DNA of 64,000 nucleotides from Eledone cirrhosa. Its lineage: Eukaryota. Positions within the stretch are counted from its first letter, which is position 1. Every line of letters begins with the position of its first letter. Shown piece after piece: positions 43,101 to 55,383 of the stretch. The translations under genes and the position numbers were made by a program. The stretch covers positions 63,312 through 127,311 of the forward strand of contig CAXHJY010000416.1 of NCBI GenBank assembly GCA_964016885.1, in the 5' to 3' direction. The notes under the pieces are model-generated. The model searched no databases. It worked only from the letters and a program-made list of their open reading frames with translations, and had not been told where the DNA came from.

Positions 43101-46100
43101 AGGAGGGACGTCTACTGAGCTAAGTCCCAGCCGGTCCCACGTCTCACAGGCGGCCTCACGTTCTCTGAACACAGAGGGTTCTGTTGTGTTTTGAAGAACC
43201 CTGCTGACGAGGATGCGGCACGAGGTTACTGACGAAAGATACGCCGGCAAAGCTAGTGACATCGGGGACCGGAGGCCTAGGCCGCCATACCTGACCGGTA
43301 AAGTGGCCTGTTGCCACCCTATGTCGTCAAACTTGACGTTGCATATCTCCTCGGCTGCTGTTCGGATAAAAGTATCGAGGTCAGCGAGGAGAGGTGTCTG
43401 GGTGTAGCATGGAGCACTGTGGAGTGTATAGAGGAGCATTGGGATGGCCAAGCAGTTCCTCCGCAGAAAGAGAGCTGGGTGGCCGTCAATCAAGCCCAGT
43501 CGGCTCGTGAGAGTCTGGAGCTGTTGAAGCCTGGACCTGATGGTGGAGCGGATGGCCGGCGGGTGGATCGGTGACCCGAGGATGAGGACATCATCTTTGG
43601 GGGTCACCTGAACCTGGTGGAGAATGGACCGCACATCCAAGACGGAGGCTGCAAAGCTCACAGCATCGAGGCTGACGTTCACCACCTCTGACTTGGCCGA
43701 GGTTGACCCGGAGGCCGACTCCCGCCAGGGCAGGAATCACCGATTGAAGGTCTTGGCAGACCGTCCGTACGGGCCCGCCCAACGTAGCATCATCCAGATA
43801 CCAAACGTTGAGAGGGGCCGTGATACTCCGGGCGATGTGGTCAATACCAAGGGCGAACAGGAGGGGTCCCAAAGGGTCGCCCTTTTGGACCCCAGTAGCC
43901 GAGGGTATGACCGTATCAGCAGCTAGGAGCATGCTCGGGGCTCCACATGACAGGTAGGCAGAGGGGGATCGGCTGAAGCAGGCCTCGAGCAGATGATCCC
44001 GGCGTAAAGAGTTAAAGGCATTCCTCATGTCAAGCTTGACAATGAGGTGCCTGGAGTCCCTGGATGCCGGTACCGATGGGCAGCTGCTGAAGAACTGCCT
44101 GATTGCATGAGAGGCTCCCTCACAGCCACTGGACACGCCGACACCCAGTTGCACCGGACTAAACTCCTCACGCAGTTCGTGTGTGACGGACGTGCAGATC
44201 ACCTTGGCAGCCAGCCTCCGGAAGACATTGCCCACAGCAATGGGGCGTATGCCACCCTCTTTCTTCCTGAGAGCGGTGAGGCTGGTTGAAAAAAAGAGGC
44301 CTCCGGAGTAAGGGTCGAGGGCACCATGAATGAACCTATTGGTGAGCGCCACAATTGCACTCAGAAGGCGGCGCCCGGCCTCAGCGGAGAGGGGGGATGT
44401 CAACTCCTTGAGGTGGCCTGGTCGGAGACCATCAACACCTCCGCAGCTGCTAGCTGGGAAGGACCTGATAGCGGACATGATATCTCCATCAGTAGCCACA
44501 AGGAGCAGGTGGGGGTCGGGTGGGGGTATGGGTCTGAGATCAGTGGGTGGCTCAGGGTGTTTGAACCGCAGAGCAGCCAGGATCTCCTTGGTGGGTTGGA
44601 GGACAGTGTCCTCTGAGGCAACAACTCTGACTGCGGCCGAGACATCACCCATGATAAGCTTTGCGTTTACCTGGTCACGCAAACGCTTGGCGCTGGCCTC
44701 GGGGGTGGAAGATAGGGGGTACCTGAGGGTGGGGTGTGTGGCGTCCCTGGGCACACTTGGAATGGGCGCTCGCCCAAATGACGAGACATTGGCCTTGACG
44801 AAGGCTGCTGTTGACCGGCCGCCCCGGTCAGCACCAGAGCTGGGGAGGACGAGGGTGAGTGGGGCGAAATAGAACAGCCACTCCCAGTCACTGGCTCGAC
44901 TGGAGTCCAGGGCGCTCTCAATCGACGAAGCGAGGGCATCAGCCACCGGCACCCGTGCCGCTCTCGGGATCCTGAGTGGGATCTTCCGGAGCCGCCTGAG
45001 CCGGGTGATGTTGACCAGCGAGGCTCGGGCGTCAGGCAAGCTCGTGTCCCATCTGGTGGTGTGCCAGACGGCCGTGGCTGGGAAGACGTGGGGAAGAGGC
45101 AGCTCCTGCACCTCCACGCTGCGAGGGCATTGGAAGCTCGACGAGTCAAGCCAACGCAGGTGAGGTGGTGGAAGCAGCCACACCCCAAACAGTTCCGGCC
45201 CCTCTTCCGTTTGTCAGTAGTGCCGCAAGTGCTGCAGGTGTTGATTTGGAGGGGCGGAGGATGTGGTGTGGTGCCGGGGACTGGGGCACTGAGTGGCATC
45301 AGGGGTAGGTGGCTGGTGTGTGTGGTTGGAAGGGGAGGTGCTGGTAAGAGGGCAGCATAGCTCACCTATATATATGGAGGTGCCAGAAAACGAGAGCGAA
45401 AACGGGCTGCATGGAGGGGGATACACAGGAAGGTAGAATGGCAGTAAATGAATGAGTGAATGGATGGATGTACACAAAAAAAAGGGGGGGGGAACAAGGC
45501 TTGTTCCCAGCGAAAAGATCCAGAATTCAGCATGCACACATGCGAGCAACTGACCAGTTTGTCAAAGACGATATTCTCAATGGACGCGCTTACAATATTT
45601 GAATATAACTGAACCGTCATGTCATTTAATTTTAAAAAATGGAGCAAAGTAAAAGGAAAATAGTGAATTTGGAGTGGCAATCCCTTGTGATATTTTTTTT
45701 TTTTTTCTTCCAATACTGGACTTAGTTTTCCAGGATTTATACTCATTATTTTTTTTTTTTCTTCTTTTCCTTCAAAAGGATGGAGGCGTTTTATCTCCTC
45801 ATAAAACTGACATTACATAATGATGTTCGTCATCTATGGCCTATTCATATGTATTATTTCATAACTCTATAGAACGGGCAGTGGATTGGCAGTATCGGTA
45901 GAGGGTCGGACGCCATGCTTCCCAGCATAGTTACGTCCCTTTACGATCTGAGTTCAAATCCCGCCGAGGTTGACTTTGCCTTTCATCCTTACGGGGTCGA
46001 TAAAATAAAGTACCAGTAATGTACTGGGTAATTGCTGGCCTTGTGCCAAAAGTAGAAACAATTATTTCATAACTCTATAGAACTATTAGAATGCTTGTGC

Positions 46101-49100
46101 ATTGTTCTGTGTCCAGCCAGGTTTGTACAACAGGTAAGAAAAATGATGATTCGATGACGGTTTCTTCTGATAGGAGCCTCTTCCACGTCGGAAGATCGAA
46201 GTGTGTTTTCTTGTCTTCTTCAATACTTTCATAAACGGCTTCGGAGATTTAAAACTTATGTTTCAATTGGTGCTTCCATTTCCACACGGTTCTATTGTCT
46301 TATTTACAAAAATATATATTTCTATATATGTTTGAAGTTCCTTGGAGTTGGTCAGAGTATCGCTTAAAGCTTTCTTTGTAGCGCCTATCCTTTAATTTAT
46401 CTTTTTCAAAACAATTATATATTATGTATATATATTTATTAAATATGTATTTATATATATATATTTATGTATATATATATATTTATTAAAGAATTGCTGC
46501 TTTCACCCTTAATGTGAAAGCAGCAATTCTTTGCTTAAACTTTAATCTGTTATTTTAATAAATATTTGCTCTACAGTTCTTATATATTTGATATATATTT
46601 ATCCTTATCGAACCCTCTTTGGATTTTAGTCTTCAAATTTATTATTATTAGTATATATATATATATATCAATTTATTATTATTTATTATTATTAGTATAT
46701 ATTTATTATTATTAGTATATATATATATAATATATATATATCCTTTGGGAGCCCCTATATGGACACACTAGAAGTGGAAGACCAAGGTTAACGTATGTTG
46801 ATGCCCTAAGGACAGACACTGGTCTATTGGAGACACAGGACATGGCAGCGATAATGAGGGACAGAGACCGCTGGAGAGAACTCGTCCATGGATCTCGGGA
46901 ATTTTACCCGCCTTAGATAGATATATATATATATATATCATCATCATCGTTTAACATCTATCTTCCACGCTAGCATGGGTTTCATCATTTCATTTTATCA
47001 TTTTATCATTTCATTTTACGTCCACTTTTCCCTGCTTGCAAGGGTGGGACGGGAACTGATTCTGGCTTGATTTCTACAGCTGGATGCCCTTCCTAACACC
47101 AACCTCATTTACAGTGAGTGCTGGGTGCTTTTTTGTCGTGGCACCTACACAACCACTTTGCAGTGGAATGATAGGGATCCCAGTCCCTATCATCTCATTT
47201 CTACAGCTGAGTAAACTGGAGCAATGTGAAATAAAGTGCCTTGCTCAAAGAAACAACACATCACCCGGTCTGAGAATTGAACTCACAACCTTTCGATTGC
47301 AAGGCCAATGCTCTAACCACTAAGCCATGTGCCTCCATATTTAAATATATAGTTCCTCAGAGGAATAACAACACACCCAGGAGCTAGACATATCGATGTA
47401 TTGACTGAGTAAAACACACTTCAACAACATGTGTACCTGTCTTTTCCACACAAATTCAGACTGCCTGAAGAGGTCACAGCCAATGATAGCTGTCACCGAA
47501 ATATATATAGCAGTAAATTTATAATTTATAATAAACGAAGCCAAATTTTACATATTTGACTTAATTATTTTATATATATATATAGTTAAAGAAATGACAA
47601 CACAAACACAAGGATGCAAAAAAACAAAGTCTTATTAGTATCACGCTTAGAAGAAAGAAGAGGGTTCAGTGCTTCGGACGCAAGTCCTTCTTCAGGAAAT
47701 GGAGAAGGGGGAGAGAGGGGGAGTGAGAGACTTCAGAGAGAGAGAGAGAGAGAGAACAGGTTGGAACATTGGAGTTTGGAAAAAAGACTAAGAAGGTTGT
47801 GGTGGTAGATGAGTGGGGGCCAAGGTAGAGAGTCCAGGTGTGTTATGGGTGTGGTTCTGTGTGTGCTGATGGGGTGAATTTCATAGGTGTGCATTATTGT
47901 TTCTGTCTGTGTGTGTATGTACAAATGTGTGTGTATGTACAAATGTGTCTGTTTTTTATATTGTGTGTGTGAATGTTTGTGCGTGTGTGAATTCTTTGGG
48001 TTTTTTTGTGTGCATGAAAATATGTGTGTGTGTGTGTTTATGTATGGGTATGTCTGTGTATGAGTGTGTGTGTGTTTATGTATGGGTATGTCTGTGTATG
48101 AGTGTGTGTGTTTATGTGTGGGTTTCTTGTGTTCTCATATCCACACACTTAAACCCACAGCATAATATATGATATCTAAGAACCACAAAAGTAGTCTAAC
48201 AACATTCATCCTGGAATACTTACACCACCATCAGCATAATCTTTCTTGACAACATCATGTTCTTGGAAATGCTTCTGAAGGATCTCTGCTGAATTAAAGG
48301 TTTTCATACACTGAGGACAAATGAAACCCTGAAAAATACATAATATGATGATATATGAATATATAAATAAAATATTCCATTTTGGGAGTGTCAGTCATTT
48401 GTTAAATTTACCACTCCAACTTGTAATATGGTCATGATGGTGACATGACAAAAAGGACCCAGTTCAACCTATAAATTGATCGCGTTGGTGACCTAACAAA
48501 AAGCATTCAGTTCAACCTGTCAAATTGGTCATTTGGAACCATGATAAAAAGCACCCAGTCCACACTGTAAATGTGGTTGGTGTTAGAAAGGGCATCCAGC
48601 CAAATAAATCAAGCCAGAAATGGTTCTGTGTGAGTAAGACATGGTCATCTGATCAAACTTTTTTCACAATGAGACAACTCGTCTAACCCATGCTAGCATG
48701 GAAAAATGGATATTAAACAGTTATGAGGATGATGATGATGCAGTATTGTATATGTTATTTGTGTGTGTAATGTGATGTGATATCATATGATATGATATAT
48801 ATGATATGATATATAGTATGGTGGCAAATAAACAGAATATCAGGTAGAATACTTTGTGGTATTTCTTCTGGTTTGCTGCACTCTGAGTTTATATTCCACT
48901 GATGTAAACTTCACCTTTCATCTTTTTGAAGTCAATTAAAAAGGTGCCAGTCTAGTAATGAGGTTGATTCTTTTTCCATATCTCTTTCTCATTTCTTCTT
49001 TATCACCCTCTCTCTCCTTCTCTGGAAGAAATCAACTTTGTTCAGACCTGGAGAGGGATGCGCTCCACCAGGTTTTAAATGCCACTAACAACTCCACCAG

Positions 49101-52100
49101 GAAACCACAACAATAATATCTTCCAACTCAGAGTATAGTAATATATTGGATAAAACCAATTTAGACCATTACAGTTGCATTGAAACACATATTAGAAGTA
49201 TCAATATATGAAATATTGAATAACTACATCTCAGCTTCTATCATTTTTCCACAATTTCTGATCTAACTGTGAAATTTCCATTACGGCAGCTATTGAATAT
49301 AAAACTAATTTTCAGCGAGTTCAATTTAGTGAGGCCATGAAATACCACCCCAGTGTGTGGAAACTGCGAAACATCACATTTAAAATTTACAGTGTGGAAT
49401 AATTTAAAGAAAGAAATACTTGCCAATTTCTATAATACTGAATTTGTAATAAAAGTAAGAATGTAGAAAATATTGAAGACATTTAATAGTCTGATATAAT
49501 AATGGTGAAGTTATTTCTATTATAACTCCATTCAAATCTTGAATGTAATACATGAAGATAACTTGACCTCAGTATTTGACTGATATTTTATATTAATGAC
49601 CACAGAAGGTAAAGTCAACCTCAGTGGTATTTGAAATTAGAATGTAAAAGAGCGTAACTTAATACCACTAGGCACTCAGCCATCTGACACTTTGACAACA
49701 CTGTCTCATCAACATCATCATTTAACATCCATTTTACCTACTAGCAAGGGTAGGACAGGTCATCACAGACTAAGTCAGTACTTAATTAGACTACTTATCT
49801 CTCAGCCTTATCTTGCTTACATGTTCCTGTACTCCACAGAGTGCACTATGCATTTCATTAAGGGTCCAGCATTTGAGAGGTCATCATGTCTTTGACACAA
49901 CTGAAGAGTCCTCTACCTATTTTTTGGCAAGTTTTCTATGGCTAGATGCTCTTCCTATCAGAAACTCCTTTACAAATAGTACTGAGTGTGTTTGTCATGT
50001 AGATCACCAACTCTAAAGGGGTTGTTGTGCCCTTGACACAACTGAAGAGTCCTCACAACCCTTTTAGCCATTATTTCTACAGCTGGGTGCCATTCCTCTC
50101 ACCAATCACCTTACTGGGTGTACTGGGTATGTTTTATTGTGGCACCAACACTAGGAAGGCTGTCGGTCATTGATTCAAAAGCCAATTTGTTCATAATTGC
50201 ATTGAAATTAGAAGAAACAAAAGAGATGAGGATGCATGAAAAACATACTTTTTCATTCTTAAAGACAAAATAAATGCAGACAAAAATTCTACAGACAATA
50301 CATCAGAAACATGCTGTACAAAATAGGCAAAACAAATGGGATTTTAAAAACACAGATGAAACAAATTTTAGAAGCTACATTATTAACCCTTTAGCATTTA
50401 AACCAGTCATATCCAGTCAGAATTCTCTCACCTCTTTCTGTTCAAACCAGCCATAACTAGCCACTCATACTGATGTTAAGCTATTGTTCTCAAAATAAAC
50501 AATATCAAAATCTCATAGATTCGATATCATGTGAGATAATTATGAGATTCAGCCTTTACTGTGAAAATATGATAGTAAATATAGAGTAATGTAAATGCTA
50601 AAGGGCTAAACAACAACTACTACCATCACCATCATGGCCACCACCAAATTTTACTATATGTATCTGTGTATGTAAAAATGCTTTAACCTAAATGTTGTAT
50701 TGTGCATGCATACACACAAACACACACACACGTGTACACACACACGTGCACTTAAATATTTATAAAGGAAAGTTTAAATCAATATCAAACTGATTAAATT
50801 AGGAAGTAAAACAATTGAACTAGGGTTTATTTGCAGAGAGAGAGAGATTAAGTATGTCTATTAAACATATACATGTATATATATTTACCACTTAGCTACA
50901 AACATAACCATCACAGAACTTTAGTTAATATATATACATTGCCAATAAATATAATAAGCAGAGGCAGTGCCTGTTGTTCATCACATTTTTCAAAGGTAGA
51001 TGTAAGCTACCCATTCTCCTTCTTTCTCTGTATTTGAGATGAAATAAACATCCCCGATGAGTGGGTAAAAGCAGGCAAAACTAGTTAAGTTGTTCTTCAA
51101 TCCATTCTACAGACAGAGACCTGTGGTTTATCCAAAGAATTTATGATTTATTTGTGCAGCAAGGTTAGTAGATTCATTAAACAACACATGCAAATTCATT
51201 TACAACTATATATATTTATTTATTATAAGTACAGATTAAAGTTTAAGCAAAGAATCGCCACTTTCACACTTTACAGAATCCCGTGAAGGGTGAAAGCAGC
51301 AATTCTTTGCTTAACCCTTTAGCATTCACATGACTCTATATATACTATCGTATTTTCATGGTAAAGGCTTTACCTCACATAATATCTCACATAATACTGA
51401 ATCTATGAGATTTTGAAAGTATTTATTTTGAGAACAATACTTTAACACCAGTTTGAGCAACCAGTTACAGCCAGTTTCAACAGAAAGAGGTAGAGAATTC
51501 TGGCCGGTTTTGGCCAGTTTGAACATTAAAGGGTTAAACCTTAATCTGTACTTATAATAAATATTTGCTCTACGGGTTTTTATATATATATCAATCTTTA
51601 TCGAGCCCTCTTCGGATTTTAGTCTTCAGATTTATTATTACTATATATATATATATATATTTCGTTACAACAAAGGTTGATACAGATATAAAAATATAAA
51701 ATATATATTTTATATCTTTATATCTGTATCGACCTTCAGTCTTACACTGCTTTGACTGATACACTCCCTTCCCTGTATATATCACATACATGTATGTGGT
51801 TGCGCCTGTGTGTATGTTTATATGCGTGTGTCCTTTCATCCTTGTATATGTATATATTTCAATCCTTAGTCCCTGAGTCTGTATGTACGCTAACTCTATT
51901 ATCTTACAATTTCTTTTTTCAACATATATTATATACGTATTTGTGGTCACACATACACTCATATGCTTGCCTTCATGTATGTACTTACGCACACATTTTT
52001 TCACTATACACATGCATTTGTACATACATATGTACATTTGTGGGTGCATATACACACATTTATACACATACCCTTACTATATTTCCTTATTTTATATATC

Positions 52101-52291
52101 TCTTGCATTACTTTTATTTATATATAATTTTTTTTGCCCGTTAAACTTTTGCCTTTCTTGGGGAGATTTTTCAAATATTTCACTAGGTTTTAAATTGCCT
52201 TGTGCCTTGTCTGACGAACGAATGAGGACGTTTCTTGTATTCGTGAAACCTCTGGTAATGAGGTAATTATATTGTATTGTTTATTATACAT

Positions 52292-52325
<34 letters not shown>

Positions 52326-54429
52326 CACACAGTGAAATTGTGTTATAACGAAATTCATAAGGTATAAAGAAAAATTTGTTGTAACGAAAAATTCTTTATA
52401 ACGAGATCAGCCAAAATACATTGAGTGTGTGGCTGGGGATTTAAAAATATTTTGTTATACTGAAAAATTTGTTATAATGGTATTTGATACAATGGAATTT
52501 TACCTGTGTATATATATGTAGGTGGATTCCTGATGTATATCAGGAAATAAACACCTTTAAAAAAGGTACTCAATATATTAGTAAAGTATAGGCAAAAATT
52601 GCCTGACTTTCCTGATGATTTCTTACAAATGAAACAGTTCTAGTCCTGCAGAAGTACTTTCTATAATAATAATTATATATATATATGAATAAATATTATT
52701 GAAGTTAGTATGATGTTATATGAAGACATTTCCAACATTTCAGACACAAATCCTTCTTGAAGAAAGTTGTATCCTTTCAGAATAGAAGATAAGACATCCC
52801 ATCTTCCAAATTATAAAACAACACATCTTTTCACCCCCAAAGAACTTATGTCCAAAACATTACAGACTGCATAAATGTATATAAATCTACAGATTGAATA
52901 TATAGACATGTAAATGTGTTAGATTTGACATATTCATGTACATCCATGTCAGGATATGACTATAAGAAATAGGTTATATGAGCCTCTCAGTTACATATTT
53001 CCTTGTGACTATTTAGATGTACACATCTTCTGATGAGAACCCATAAGGTTTAAAAAATAATTTCAAAATATTTATCATTTTTCAATTTACAAGGAAGTTG
53101 TCATCAAATCTGAAATGCTTATATGTCTATGTATTCAATATGTAAATTTATATATACATTTACACAGTTTTGGTTACATCTATAATGTATGTACAGATAT
53201 AAATTTATCATATACTTCAGCATATATATGTACAGCCACCGGAAATAACATCTGTGAAATATACAGCGCCATCTATCCCAATGTGAGACAAAAGAACCCT
53301 TAAAACCTACCAGAATAAATGCCTACACACCGGCTAAACATCAAACGATTGTTTCTGTATAAATAAAGTGGTTCCAAACACTTCGCCAGTCGATATTTGG
53401 CAGAGTCAGCTAGCGTATCATTGTTCCTCGCCTCTGCCACGCTTTGTCACTCACACACGCCTTGTACCTCGTATCGTCGCTTCATGTGAAAATAAATAGC
53501 TGATCAAATTTACATCTCGCCTTGCTTTGTCCTTTCAACTTGTGCTTTCGTCTGTCCATCCTCAACAGTTCTTTTAAGGGCTATATGCGACAACAGTCCT
53601 TTTAAGGGCTATCTTCAGATCTGATCAGACCGTATGCGATAACAGTCCTTCTAAGGGCTATTCTCAGATCTGATCGGAAGTAGTGACCAGACTGACTAAC
53701 CACGTCGCCACATATATATATATATATATAACAAAGGGTGGTGGATTGGCAGAAACATTAGAGCTTCAAACAAAATGCTTTGCAGTATTTAGCTGTAGTC
53801 TTTTACATTCAGAGTTCAAATTCAAACCATGCCCAATATTGCTTTTTATCTTTGAGTGGTCAATAAAATAATGTATCTGTTAAGCACTAAGGTTGATATA
53901 ATCAACTATACCCTTCTCCACAAGCTATGCTAGTATGGTAAGCCGATGTAAAATGATGATGATTGATGTATGTGTACACACACACACATATGTGTGTGTA
54001 TGAAATCTTGGAATTTTACCATTCTTAAGTTTTTTTTTACTTGGTATCCGACTTGAAAATAATCAAAATTTTACCATCTACATAAGTTCTTTAGCTTGCT
54101 ATCCAAGTTTTCTTTGGCAATGCATCTATGTATATATACATATATATGTGTGTGTGTGTGTGTGAGAGGGGTAAGAATCGATCTTTTAACATCTTTTCTC
54201 TCAGACCTTCTTGAACTATTGTGCCTGCGTAATTCGTACAAACACGCATAATGTGGATACATTTGTCTAGACAATATTTTACCCTTACATATATATATTA
54301 TATATATATTATATATATATAAGGATTCCTGGCTTTCACCCAGGCGGCCTGGGTTCAATTCCCGGCATGGGAACGTTTATTTCAAGGGCGGTGCCCCAGT
54401 ATGATGGCTGGAACAGGTAAAAGAGTGTA

Positions 54430-54461
<32 letters not shown>

Positions 54462-55334
54462 GAATTAGTATATCAACCAACATATATATACAGATGCATA
54501 CCTATGCTAGCAAATATATAGGTTTTGTCTTAGTAACTTTGTGGTTCAATGCAAGGGGATGCAGAACAATTATATGAAAGACGTAAAATAAGAAAATTAT
54601 AAAAATTAACTTACTTACTATACCCTTCTCCACAAGTTATGCTAGTATGGTAAGCTGATGTAAAATGATGATGATTGATGTATGTGTACACACTTCGGAA
54701 ACCATGTTTATTCCCTTTCAGAACTAATTAGTTGGAGTGAAATTTTAGTAAGTAAGTTAATTTTTATAATTTTTATAATTTTCTTGTTTTACGCCTTTCA
54801 TATAATTGTTCTGCATCCCCTTGCATTGAACCACAAAGTTACTAAGACAAAACCTATATATTTGCTAGCATAGGTATGCATCTGTATATATATGTTGGTA
54901 GATATACTAATTCTTTATAATTATCTCCAAATTATTTTGTTGAGCAAAAATTTGCCAAAATTTGCCAAAACTGCTACTATAGTTCATAGTAATGGCTCGG
55001 CCACTGTCTTTTTAACACCCCACTCCTCACTGATTAACCTCGATGTCACGTGATTGATTCTTTTGAATTTGCTACCGACCAAGTAGGCAGTGATTTTTTC
55101 AATGTCTTGGAATTTAGTCCACGCTTGCTTTTTTCCATCCACTGAATTATTTTTGTATAAGTCCCCTGTGTCCATGCATCGCCTGGTAACTTAGCTGAGA
55201 ACAGACTTCCTGATGACGAAAGGTTTCTTCATGCTTTCCATTCGGAAACCATGTTTATTCCCTTTCAGAAACTAATTAGTTGGAGTGAAATTTTAGTAAG
55301 TAAGTTAATTTTTATAATTTTCTTATTTTACGTC

Positions 55335-55383
<49 letters not shown>

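Noticed and set aside
42253-45360. Several plus-strand ORFs up to 262 aa
   Set aside because: Antisense shadows of the GC-rich retrotransposon ORF with no recognisable motifs.
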